From: Candidatus Bathyarchaeota archaeon
GTDB lineage: Archaea; Thermoproteota; Bathyarchaeia; Bathyarchaeales; Bathycorpusculaceae
Assembly (NCBI GenBank): GCA_963811105.1
Contig: CAWEPZ010000013.1
Coordinates: 64,001 to 128,000 of the forward strand
Reading direction: 5' to 3'
DNA: 64,000 nucleotides
Shown piece by piece: positions 9,351-19,025 of the stretch (position 1 is its first letter; the number at the start of each line of letters is the position of its first letter). Position numbers and translations under genes: made by a program. Below the pieces are notes generated by a model. It was not told where the DNA came from. It ran no database searches and saw nothing but the letters and a program-made list of their open reading frames with translations.

Positions 9351-10000
9351 TTTTGCTCCTGCCAAGAACGGATTCTTTTCATAAGATAATCCATAATCAG
9401 AGAGTAAGAAGAGTTGGGAGCTACTCGATTTACAACGTCATAGCAATCAGCTATTGTTTCCAAGAGTTTGTTAACATTATTCTGCTCCTTGTCATCGTTC
9501 AATAGTGATTTTACCCGTGTGGCATGTATAATGGCCTCAAGGGTCTGGGACATCGCACGATTATGCACTTGAGGATACTGCAGTTTTGCCTCCAAGTGTT
9601 TTACTTTAAGTTTGGCTTTAATTTTTTCGACGCTAACTGACTCGAAATTATTGATCAAAACATCAATTGTTGCATCTGCAAAAATTAGCTTTGGCGCGTT
9701 GACGCTTTTTGATTTTTGAAACCATCCACTAGGCAGCGTGCCATAGAGATTTGTGTCTTTGAAGGTCGTTTTATAATAAGCCTCTATGTCGTTTGTTAAA
9801 TTTACAACCGCACATCCGTTAGTCTTGATGTTTTTGTACGTTATCGAGGATGTAAAAAGGTTAATTGTAAGATTCTGTTCATCCTCCATATATACGCCCA
9901 TTGGTGCCGCGTTGGGTTTTCCATCAAAATTGTATGTGGAAACTATGGTTTCTGCAATTATGCCTTTTGAGAAACCTAAATCACTCAAGTTTGCCATCAA
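9347..10000 (-). CDS. DUF447 family protein (flavin-reductase-like split barrel)
   Basis: ETIVST, PNAAPMG, TYKN, HNRA...LEAIIHATR; overlaps the start of the DHPS-like gene. Confidence 0.8.
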   Translation of the reverse strand: MMANLSDLGFSKGIIAETIVSTYNFDGKPNAAPMGVYMEDEQNLTINLFTSSITYKNIKTNGCAVVNLTNDIEAYYKTTFKDTNLYGTLPSGWFQKSKSVNAPKLIFADATIDVLINNFESVSVEKIKAKLKVKHLEAKLQYPQVHNRAMSQTLEAIIHATRVKSLLNDDKEQNNVNKLLETIADCYDVVNRVAPNSSYSLIMDYLMKRIRSWQEQK

Positions 10001-10522
10001 ACCAACCTGATTCGCTAGGAGGCTGTAAGCATTTTATTTCAACCGAATGTAAAATTTAGCAAAGACATAATAAACTTTTGCCAATACAAAGACTGATGTA
10101 TTTTAGAAAGATAGTATTTTGGGAAGGCTGTTTGCGTTGCGCTGGATAAGACTTTTGAGCGGTTGCTTTTTTGGGATTTGAAATTGTGAGTTGGTTTTAG
10201 GCTTTGGGCAATTTTCACTACATTCGCTGAGTTATGTTTTTCGCGTCCTTTTTGTTCAGTTTGTTTAGGGTGCTTTTTTGATTTAGAATTTGAATCTTTT
10301 GCAGGTTGCGGTTTCATTGGTGAGCAATTGGGAGATTTGTGCGAAATTGCGAGGTATGCGTGAAAAAGGTTAACCTATTCACCCCTAAATCAAAAAGGCA
10401 CTTTCAAAACTGTCATAAAGAATGAAAAATCTCATCCAAGCTCCTAAGCTATAAAGCCTTCAGAGGCCATAATCTGGGATTACAAGAACAAGCAAACAGA
10501 AAAATATCATAAGAGTGCATCT

Positions 10523-11026
10523 ATGAAAAAACTAACTGCAATACCCACAATTATAAGCTCTGTGCGAATCGCAATCCTACCTCTATTCATTTACAGTTAT
10601 AACCCAACAAACGTAATCATTTGCTTAATTTTGCTTGCTTTTTCAGCTGCAACAGATTTTTTTGATGGTTACTTAGCTAGAAAATTGAGGTCAACCTCGA
10701 GGTTTGGGTCCTACTACGATGCAACAACAGATTTTATTCTGGTGATTGGCATATTTGCATTTTTTTCAATTAAAGGATTTTACCCAATCTGGTTATTATT
10801 ACTTATTGCGACATCATTTTTTCAGTTCTTGGTTATAAGCCATTACGACAAAAGAATCTATGATCCTATAGGAAAATATATTGGAAGCGCCCTCTACACA
10901 GGCATAGTCCTAACGCTTGTTTTCCCAGAACAATTTACATACAGTTTTGTGCAATTTGCCTTCGTAGGATTCTTCTTGGTTTCACTCGGAAGCCGCATAA
11001 TAAGCTTAAAGCGAATACACGATTAA
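10523..11026 (+). CDS. CDP-alcohol phosphatidyltransferase family protein
   Basis: TDFFDGYLARK...SRFGSYYDATTD signature; several TM segments. Confidence 0.9.
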   Translation: MKKLTAIPTIISSVRIAILPLFIYSYNPTNVIICLILLAFSAATDFFDGYLARKLRSTSRFGSYYDATTDFILVIGIFAFFSIKGFYPIWLLLLIATSFFQFLVISHYDKRIYDPIGKYIGSALYTGIVLTLVFPEQFTYSFVQFAFVGFFLVSLGSRIISLKRIHD

Positions 11027-11820
11027 ACTGATCAACTTTTTGCTCTTTGCATTTTTCCAAAACTTGCCTTCCAAAATCAATTATCTCTACCGAGTAAAAA
11101 TCACAGGGTAGCAATTTTTCTAAGACAGCTGGATTATTTATGAGCAATAATTTGTCCAGAACCATAATTGCTTCATTTATGTCTGCTGGAGTTAAGCTTG
11201 TTTTCTTAATGTAGTTGTTCACCTTTCGCAAATTCATCTTCATCAAATTCTGGAAGAGCGACAAGTACTTTCTTTGCGTTCACATAATGACGTTAAAATC
11301 ATCAAGGCTAAAGTCATCAAACGTTCATTTCACCTCATTTAAATTAATGGAATCTTGAACATAGAAACAATTTGAAGAAATCTTACCGAGACCTTTCGAC
11401 TCTCAAGTCATTAAAATGGAAGGTTATACAGAGTTGGATGGCGAACAACTGCAGTGATAAATAGCAATTAATACCGATTGACTGAATTAAGATCTAACTC
11501 ATGGCTAAACTAAAATAACTTTTTTGTATTCTCCTTTCGCGTGGTTTCAACCTTTGCCAGAAAAAATTTCTGCAAATACACCCGATTTACCCAAACAAAT
11601 TCGAGTTTCAACAGACATATGCCTAATGAAATACCTTTTTTCTTTTTGGGTTGTTTAATTAGTTAGGTAATAATTAAAATAAATAAAGAAAAACAAGAAA
11701 ATCCTATAAATGGTTCTTGAAGAGTAGATATATCAATTTTTGAAATATTTAGAGCGTTGAAAGTTTCCTTATGTTGTCCGGGTTCGCTCCAGGCTTTAAT
11801 TGTTAAGGAGTTTGGAAAAA

Positions 11821-11910
11821 ATGGAAGTTAAAATGTGGTTGGGGTTAATTGGGATTTGCATTGTTTTCTCAGTTACTTCCTATATATGCTATATATTCTT
11901 AACGCGATAA
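11821..11910 (+). CDS. Putative 29-aa single-TM peptide MEVKMWLGLIGICIVFSVTSYICYIFLTR
   Basis: AGGAG RBS upstream and a hydrophobic core; manual translation. Confidence 0.45.
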   Translation: MEVKMWLGLIGICIVFSVTSYICYIFLTR

Positions 11911-11912
11911 AG

Positions 11913-11996
11913 CTAATCTCTAAAAAAAGTAAGCAACAATAAGGCAAAAAGCAAAATAATGCCGATAACTGAGATTTTGTTAGTTGAAGACTTCAT
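11913..11996 (-). CDS. Putative 27-aa single-TM peptide MKSSTNKISVIGIILLFALLLLTFFRD
   Basis: Manual translation; basic N-terminus plus hydrophobic helix; converges on the previous peptide. Confidence 0.35.
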   Translation of the reverse strand: MKSSTNKISVIGIILLFALLLLTFFRD

Positions 11997-12139
11997 TTTA
12001 TTATCTATTCGTATCCAAAATCATTACTCGATATAAAAGTCAGAGCTAAAATTCAAGTTCGTTTAAAATATTTTGAAATATTTAGAACCCAACATGTAAT
12101 TAAGGAAAGAATTATATTCCTGATTCTTATGATACTTGA

Positions 12140-12442
12140 ATGGTGATTTATTTGGTGGACTTTAATAAACTTTCTGGGAAATTTGTTATTTGTGCCGGCG
12201 GCTTTGATCTCGGAGATGTTAATGGGATAGAAATGAACACTGACACTTGGCAAGTTACCCATTTACATGTAAGATTGTCAAAACAAGCATCCGAGGACCT
12301 GGGATTCAAAACAAGATTCACAAGCAAAACTGTATGCTTGCCTACATCATTAGTTTCTAAAATTGGAGACAATATATTGTTAAACAAGTCTCTTGAAGAA
12401 TTAACCAAACACCCAGAAATTTATGAGTGCCGAGAGTTATAG
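12140..12442 (+). CDS. PRC-barrel domain protein
   Basis: LSGKFV...G..LGDV...DTWQVTHL...IGDNILL pattern. Confidence 0.75.
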   Translation: MVIYLVDFNKLSGKFVICAGGFDLGDVNGIEMNTDTWQVTHLHVRLSKQASEDLGFKTRFTSKTVCLPTSLVSKIGDNILLNKSLEELTKHPEIYECREL

Positions 12443-12632
12443 CTATAGCTAAATATCCAGCTAAATGCTCTTGATTACTTTTATTTTTTTTATAACATTA
12501 ACTGCTTTTTTCAGTTCCGTTAAATCACCTTGAATTATTCCTTACAAGTCAGGGACTTAATTCTCGGAAAAAACACAAAAAATTATAGGATTCCGCCAAG
12601 CGCGCTCGCCACCATTGAAGCGATTAGTTTTC

Positions 12633-12863
12633 TTAGGCTTTCTTTGTTTGCCTATGGTTAGTTGCCATATGCAAATCAAGATCACTCTTAGTATTGAATG
12701 ATTTTCCGCAAATTGGGCAATCGAAAGCCCCTGTCTCGATCTTCTCAATTGTCTCATGATTAGGTAACGGGTTCTTTACGTCTGGTGAAGGCGGAATAAT
12801 CTCATTTGTTTCTGGGGGAAGTTCTGGTTCCGGTTTGATGAAGGGTAAGTCTGGTTCAGTCAT
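12633..12863 (-). CDS. Small C2H2 zinc-finger protein with Pro-rich N-terminus
   Basis: FDCPICGKSFNTKSDLDLHMATNH. Confidence 0.75.
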   Translation of the reverse strand: MTEPDLPFIKPEPELPPETNEIIPPSPDVKNPLPNHETIEKIETGAFDCPICGKSFNTKSDLDLHMATNHRQTKKA

Positions 12864-13227
12864 ATTGAATCAGAAATCACTAGCTGGCTTCTTTTTCTTA
12901 AAACTTTGTGATTGCCTTCTGACAGCAACAAATTATCGCGCACCGGTTTATGTTTGTGATATGGAATGGTTAAGTTGTTATAGACATCTCATTTTAAAGC
13001 GAATTTTTTTTTATATTCTTCTTTTTTGAAATATACTTCTTAAGTCTTGAGACTACGTTATTTTTTAGGGATAAAGAAGAACTTAACAAGAAAAGAAAAT
13101 CCTTGAAGTGTCAAAAAAATATTGTTTCAAAGCCGATCTTTCACGATTGTATTATTCTCTATGAATGCTTCCCATTCTGAATGGGTGCCATCAATTTTAA
13201 ATCGACCTGTTCCTTGTTCTCTTATAG

Positions 13228-14277
13228 TTGACATTTAAGGTCGTTAATATCTTGGTTGAGAACGCTAACAAGGGTTTCGTTAAGCAATTCCCAGAGTTAA
13301 TTCGAGTTTCATTAGGCACCGCAATTGTTCTCAGATTGTTAGGTGGCAAGTTAGATGCTAAGCCCACAACAGCATACCTCATGACGTACAAAGAGGGCAA
13401 GTGCACAGCTAACTGCGGTTTCTGTCCTCAAGCGAGAGAAAGCAAAAGTAGCACGGAGTTGCTATCTAGAGTCTCGTGGCCAACCTTTCCTACTACCAGC
13501 GTTTTGGCAATTCTCGAAGAAGCCGTTAAAGAAGGAAAAATTAAGCGAGTCTGCATTCAGGCCCTAAATTACTCACAAGTTTTTTTACAGCTTCAAACGC
13601 TTGTGAAAGAAATAAAAAAACAAATCACTATATCGGTCTCGGTTTCTTGCCAACCACTCGTCAAAGAAAACATACAACTCTTAATAGAAGCAGGTGTTGA
13701 TAGGATAGGCATAGCGTTGGACGCAGCAACTGAAACCTTATTTGAAAAAATTAAGGGCGAAGACACAGGCAGCAGTTACACTTGGAAAAGTCAGTTCAGA
13801 ATCTTGGATGAAGCTACAGAAGTTTTTGGAAAAGGAAATGTTAGCACTCATGTAATTGTTGGGTTAGGCGAGACGGAGAAAGAAGTAACACAGGTAATTC
13901 AAAGATGCACGGACATGGGCATTTTGCCAGCGCTTTTTGCTTTTACGCCAATTCGAGGTACAGCATTAGAGGGCAATTCGCCACCGTCTCTGGAATCGTA
14001 TAGGCGGGTTCAGCTTGCAAGATACTTAATTGTTAATGGATCAGTGGGATTTGACGATATGCAGTTTGACTACGAAGGACAAATAATCAGTTTTGGTTTA
14101 GCGGTCGATGAATTGAAATCGGTAATTGAAAGTGGGGAACCTTTTCTAACTTCAGGCTGCAGAGATTGCAACAGACCTTTTTATAATGAAAAACCAAGCG
14201 GACCTACCTATAATTACCATAGAAAACTTAGCCGCGAAGAATTAGAAGAAATAAAACAGCAGTTTAACTTGTGTTAA
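13228..14277 (+). CDS. lipS2: Radical SAM protein, LipS2-like lipoyl synthase subunit (COG2516); exact start uncertain
   Basis: CTANCGFC; C-terminal TSGCRDCNRP resembles the LipS2 motif TxGCPxC(N/D)RP. Confidence 0.7.
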   Translation: MTFKVVNILVENANKGFVKQFPELIRVSLGTAIVLRLLGGKLDAKPTTAYLMTYKEGKCTANCGFCPQARESKSSTELLSRVSWPTFPTTSVLAILEEAVKEGKIKRVCIQALNYSQVFLQLQTLVKEIKKQITISVSVSCQPLVKENIQLLIEAGVDRIGIALDAATETLFEKIKGEDTGSSYTWKSQFRILDEATEVFGKGNVSTHVIVGLGETEKEVTQVIQRCTDMGILPALFAFTPIRGTALEGNSPPSLESYRRVQLARYLIVNGSVGFDDMQFDYEGQIISFGLAVDELKSVIESGEPFLTSGCRDCNRPFYNEKPSGPTYNYHRKLSREELEEIKQQFNLC

Positions 14278-15638
14278 ATTATTAGTTTATCAGCTGTTTC
14301 TTGAGTCTGTTTTCTATTGTCTTTTGGCAGCTTCGGTTTTTGCCTTGTGACTTGCTCAACCAAACGCCAAAACTCATCCATCGTGTAGCCTTTCAGCAGA
14401 TCTTTCATGAGTTTCTTCACCTGATAATATGTCATTTGTGCTTCGCCTTTGTCCAAGCTTTCTTGTGGACCCTTGATCCGCCTGAAAAGCTCATCCATTT
14501 GCCTGGGTGAAGCGCGGATTCCAGCTTTTTCCAAAAGTTTCTGAATAAGGGTTTGCCCAGTGTTTCTGCCAATAAAAAGCATTGTTTCTCTACCTACGAT
14601 TTCAGGTGGAAAAGGCTCGAAAAGTAGAGGTTGCCCCATCATTTCTTCTATGTCTTCTTCCACTTCATGAGTGAAAATGTTTTCGCCAATGATTGGTTTG
14701 TGGAATTGAATGGGTAGGGCGAAGGCTTTCTCTGCTGATTGAGCAAGCCGATAGATTTTGCCCATATCTATTCCAGTGTCAATATTGTATAGTAACTCTG
14801 CTGCTGCTACAACTTCTTCAAAGGGAGCTATTCCGGCACGTTCACCAAAGCCAGCAATGCATGTGTGCAGGTAAGGAACACCTTCTTCCATTGCAGCGAG
14901 AGTGTTTGCTGATCCTAAGCCGAAGTCATTATGGCAGTGGATTGAGAGCGGAACTTTGTTTTTTACCGAATCAGAAAGCCCATCACGTATATGTGACATT
15001 AAGTAACGCATAGAAAGAGGTCTGATGAATCCGACACTATCAGCTATCCCAAGACGAATTGCTCCAGCTTTGGCTGCTGCTTCACAAACTTCAATGTTAT
15101 CTTCCAGGGTTGTTCTTGTGGCGTCCATGAGGATAAAATTAACTGTTGCTCCATGCTTTCTTACGTAGTCGATGCTTTCAATTATCCTCTGCAACGCTTG
15201 TTCCTTAGTAATCTTTAATCTGTATTTCAGGTTTAACCCGTTAATGGGTGTTTCAATAGTTATTTCTTTGATTCCGGTTTCCAAGCATGCGTTCAAACTG
15301 TTTTTGGTTGGTTCAGCCGAAGCAGTAAGCTTCGCGTGACCAAAACTTTCATTAACAATGCGTTTAACATTGCGTTTTTCATCTTCTGAAATAGCTGGGA
15401 AACCTACATTAATTATGGCTACTCCTGCTTCATCCATCAACTTTGCAAGCCTAACTTGCTCAACATAAGTTAAATAAACCGTTGGAGCCTTGATGCCTTC
15501 CCGGAAAGTCTCATCCCAAATGAAAACTCGGTCAGGAAGTTTAGGGGGCAAATTCTTTCTTAAACGATTGTAATTGGCTATTAACCCCTGAGCTTCCAGC
15601 TTCTTAAATATCGTCTTTCTCATCCAGACACAATCCAA
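14274..15638 (-). CDS. DRE-TIM (isopropylmalate/homocitrate/citramalate synthase) family protein with atypical N-terminal motif
   Basis: DETFREGIK, ADSVG, HCHNDFG, GFGERAG. Confidence 0.8.
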   Translation of the reverse strand: MDCVWMRKTIFKKLEAQGLIANYNRLRKNLPPKLPDRVFIWDETFREGIKAPTVYLTYVEQVRLAKLMDEAGVAIINVGFPAISEDEKRNVKRIVNESFGHAKLTASAEPTKNSLNACLETGIKEITIETPINGLNLKYRLKITKEQALQRIIESIDYVRKHGATVNFILMDATRTTLEDNIEVCEAAAKAGAIRLGIADSVGFIRPLSMRYLMSHIRDGLSDSVKNKVPLSIHCHNDFGLGSANTLAAMEEGVPYLHTCIAGFGERAGIAPFEEVVAAAELLYNIDTGIDMGKIYRLAQSAEKAFALPIQFHKPIIGENIFTHEVEEDIEEMMGQPLLFEPFPPEIVGRETMLFIGRNTGQTLIQKLLEKAGIRASPRQMDELFRRIKGPQESLDKGEAQMTYYQVKKLMKDLLKGYTMDEFWRLVEQVTRQKPKLPKDNRKQTQETADKLII

Positions 15639-15821
15639 TAATATGAAAGCTAAACAATATGTTTAAGTTGCTTTATCCTATATAAAAACAGCATTATCAA
15701 TAGGCAAACGATTTTTTATTTACAATAAAAAAGGCGATTTTACCGTGGTTATTTAATGAATAACAGTCATAATCATTGTTTAGTCGCAGAAGTCTTGAGT
15801 GTGAAACAAGCAAGTCTATAG

Positions 15822-16039
15822 ATGCCAAAGAAAATAGTATACGAGCAACCTCAAAGATATGATTGAAAAAACAAAAAATTTAGAAACTGAAAGAAAAAAT
15901 CTTTTGATTGAAATTGAAAAACTCAAAAAAAACGGTAGATACAAAAGCTACTACTTTAGAAAAAAAAATTGCTGAATTGCACGAAGTTAAGTCGCTTAAA
16001 ATCCTTTTGGGAAAAAACAACCGAGCGCAAACCAATTAA
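15822..16039 (+). pseudogene. Frameshifted small coiled-coil protein gene
   Basis: Fragments MIEKTKNLETERKNLLIEIEKLKK and TVDTKATTLEKKIAELHEVKSLKILLG lie in different frames joined at A-runs. Confidence 0.45.
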
Positions 16040-16134
16040 AATCAGTTAATCTAATTAACTCTAAACCGCTTTCTAAAAAGACCGCTCAATCCCAAGTCAA
16101 ACAAAACAAAAATCAGTATCGTTGACTTAAAAAG

Positions 16135-17004
16135 TTAGGTCTTTGCTGTTGTTGTTCTATGAAAAAGAGTGTTTACTGCGTTAATCAGCGCGTTGCATGC
16201 AGTTTGCCTTGCCTCAACTGATGTGTCGACTTCGAGTTTTTCAAGTTCCCTATGCAAAGCGTCCACGCGCTCAGCTATATCTTGCTTTTTCTTTTCATAG
16301 CTGTCGTGCTGTTTCTCTTGTTCAGCAGTGAAGCTTTGAAGAGTTACTTCCAACTCGTTTTTTGTAGACTTTAGTTCTTGGCGTGTGAGGGTAAGCTTTT
16401 CAGCAGCCTTCCTTCGAGCGATCGGTTTGAAAAAGCTGATTTTTATTTCCTCTTGGTTTGCCAGCTCGTCTTCTAATTCACCGATTTTATGAGTTAAACG
16501 TTGAACGTCGCAGTTTCTTTTATTGCTGAGCTCTCTTGTTTTTTCAGCATATTCCTTATCGGTTTCTACTAACTGATGATTATTATCAGCTAGTTCTTTT
16601 GCTTCGCCTGTGAGATTTGATTCTTGGATTCTTTTTTCTGCAAGTGCCCCTTCTACGTCCAGTAAAATCTGCGAACGCTCCTTAACAAACTGTTCATCGG
16701 CAGTTATAACTGGGATTGACTCAAACTCTGAAACAGTTTGTCTCAAATTAACAAGCCAATCATCAAAATACTGACTGAAGGGGGAAAGGGCAAAAATCTG
16801 ATTTCCAAGCCTACTTAAGATGCCCAGAGTTTTCTCAACAACTTCTTTTGCAGAAATCTCAGTTTCTTCTTCAAAATATTTGCCAGAGGATCGCTGCTTT
16901 TTTTCTTTTGTTTTCTTTTCATGCGCTGACCTTGAATACTGTCGAGCAGCGCCTCGGCGTCCACCAGTTTGAGGTCTAAAGCTCATAAGCAAACCAAAGT
17001 ACAC
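16135..17004 (-). CDS. Coiled-coil hypothetical protein
   Basis: 289-aa ORF with Glu/Lys-rich heptads. Confidence 0.75.
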   Translation of the reverse strand: MYFGLLMSFRPQTGGRRGAARQYSRSAHEKKTKEKKQRSSGKYFEEETEISAKEVVEKTLGILSRLGNQIFALSPFSQYFDDWLVNLRQTVSEFESIPVITADEQFVKERSQILLDVEGALAEKRIQESNLTGEAKELADNNHQLVETDKEYAEKTRELSNKRNCDVQRLTHKIGELEDELANQEEIKISFFKPIARRKAAEKLTLTRQELKSTKNELEVTLQSFTAEQEKQHDSYEKKKQDIAERVDALHRELEKLEVDTSVEARQTACNALINAVNTLFHRTTTAKT

Positions 17005-17028
17005 AAGAAATATTTAAACTGTAATGCG

Positions 17029-18063
17029 TTAAATAGCCCGAACTTTGCCTTGTGGTTTCTTTGAAGGCGCTTTAAGCGAAGCCCCAGTTGCACTCTTAGG
17101 TTTTGTTTTCTTGTTTTCTGCAGATTTACGCTTTGGGAACGTCTTTATGGTTATTAAAACTGCACCCACGATTATTATTATGATTGCTGCGTAGATAAGC
17201 CATTCGTAGGAAGGAGCTGCTGTGTTGCTACCAATTGAGCCACTTGATGTTGGATTCGTCTGAGAACCTGATTGCGAGTTTGAAGAGTCTGCAATTAGTC
17301 CGTACTCAGAAGCGGCAGGTGCAGTTCCATTAGGGAGCGGGGAGCCAGGGCGTACTATAAGCGAGTAACTTGTTATTTTTTGCTGTGGAAGTACTTGTGA
17401 CATGTTAATGTCAAATGCACCAACTTCAAATGTGGAAGTTCCTGAGGGAGATAAGGAAGCTACTTTCTGTGTTGACCATCCAGCCGAGACTGTGATGCCT
17501 GAAGCATTATAAAATGTTGCAACTACATAGATGTCTTGGGCTGTTTGGGTGCCCATATTTTTGAGGGTGCCGGTGACCCAATATGTGCCTTTATTGGTGA
17601 GAGTTGTATCAATTGAAGATGACTGACTTGTGATTTTTACATCTGAATAGGGATAATCGTTTGTCGCCGTCGCCTGGCTAACTGTGAAATCAATCCTAGA
17701 AACACTGATTGATGACCATGTTCCGTCAGCAGAGCTTTTTGGGGCGTTAAACTGTATTTCAAAGGGCACTTTCTGTTGTGGAACTATGTATATTACATAT
17801 GCTTGACCCCCAGCGTCTGCCTGATCTGTCCCATCTGCAGAATAAACAGAACCACCCAGCAAAACAGACATTACTGTGCTTGATCCTACATTTTGGATTT
17901 CACCATATACGATGAGTAAATTGTTTTGATAATCAATATTATAACTGTAATTCAAAACCTTGATGTTTTCTTCTTGAGCTGAGACGTTCGAAGCTAAAAT
18001 TGAGGTTAACGATAAAGACAGCAATGTTAATGCAATTACTATATAAATTGTGCTTTTTTTCAT
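17029..18063 (-). CDS. Secreted, C-terminally anchored protein with two FxLYD-like Ig domains
   Basis: Signal peptide; VYGEIQNVG and VTGTLKNMG..ATFYNASG repeats; Ser-rich linker, TM helix, Lys-rich tail. Confidence 0.75.
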   Translation of the reverse strand: MKKSTIYIVIALTLLSLSLTSILASNVSAQEENIKVLNYSYNIDYQNNLLIVYGEIQNVGSSTVMSVLLGGSVYSADGTDQADAGGQAYVIYIVPQQKVPFEIQFNAPKSSADGTWSSISVSRIDFTVSQATATNDYPYSDVKITSQSSSIDTTLTNKGTYWVTGTLKNMGTQTAQDIYVVATFYNASGITVSAGWSTQKVASLSPSGTSTFEVGAFDINMSQVLPQQKITSYSLIVRPGSPLPNGTAPAASEYGLIADSSNSQSGSQTNPTSSGSIGSNTAAPSYEWLIYAAIIIIIVGAVLITIKTFPKRKSAENKKTKPKSATGASLKAPSKKPQGKVRAI

Positions 18064-18300
18064 GAACTTCCCGCTACTCCGTATGAACTGATAGAAAAAC
18101 GCTTTGGAGTATAAAACAGTTTTTCAAAATTAGTCCTAAATTCAATTTTGCAAATTTAAGCAATATTTAGAATATGACTTTTCAATAAAGCGCACAGTAA
18201 AATCTTCAAGTCTCTTAAGAAAAACCTCCTGAGCCATGAAACTGCAGAAGCGTAATTCTTAAATGTAAAAAGATTGGATATTGCTTACTAAGGGAATCCT

Positions 18301-18780
18301 ATGGCTGAAAAGTTACATCCCTATGTAATATTTCTTCCAATAGAAAAGAAAGACAAGATACTAAGCGCTATATTCGGCTCCAAGGCCGGGGTGGACCTCT
18401 TAAGATTCTCATTAAACCTTGGGGTATCAAAAAACATCTACCAAAAGGATCTCGTTAAGAAACTAAACTACTCAAACAAAACGATTATAGAAAACCTAAA
18501 AACCCTGACCAAACTCGGCGTTTTAAACGAAAGTATGGAAAAAAATGACAAAGAAGGAAGAATCATCTGGATAAAAACCTACCAACTCACAAACCTTGGC
18601 AAATGGTTTGCCCTCTTGCTGGCTGAAGAGAAAGAACTCTCAGAACAAGAAAAAGCCGAAATCCTGCAAAGTCTATTCCGAACCTATGTGAAACAGGTTA
18701 AACTTTTAGCTGATGAGATTGGCATCAACAAAAAAATGCTTGAAGAAACGTTCAGGGAAGAAATGAAAAGCAGCCTTTAA
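18301..18780 (+). CDS. Winged-helix DNA-binding protein
   Basis: IYQKDLVKKLNYSNKTIIENLKTLTKLGVL ... YQLTNLGK. Confidence 0.75.
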   Translation: MAEKLHPYVIFLPIEKKDKILSAIFGSKAGVDLLRFSLNLGVSKNIYQKDLVKKLNYSNKTIIENLKTLTKLGVLNESMEKNDKEGRIIWIKTYQLTNLGKWFALLLAEEKELSEQEKAEILQSLFRTYVKQVKLLADEIGINKKMLEETFREEMKSSL

Positions 18781-19025
18781 ACTAAATCTGTTCGCTTTGT
18801 AATTGAATATGCGGATAATAATAAGGCAATATTTAAACGTCTCAGAAAAATGATAAATTGGACAAATGTTATCTTCTGTAACTCGTTTTTTCAAGAGTTT
18901 CTTTTGGTACGTGTTTTAATCATTTTTTGGTAACAATGAATTGAGATTGGTCGGTAAGTTGTCATTCTTAAATACTTCTGGGCATTAACTGTTCTTTAGC
19001 GAGTAATAACTTTTGAGGAGTAGAA

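Noticed and set aside
10039-10317. 92-aa Lys-rich minus-strand ORF
   Set aside because: Follows the G/T-skewed low-complexity intergenic DNA; no motif or RBS
10935-11330. Minus-strand 109-aa ORF with a possible upstream GAGGTGA start
   Set aside because: Overlaps the phosphatidyltransferase 3' end and has broken 5' frames; at most an unassignable remnant
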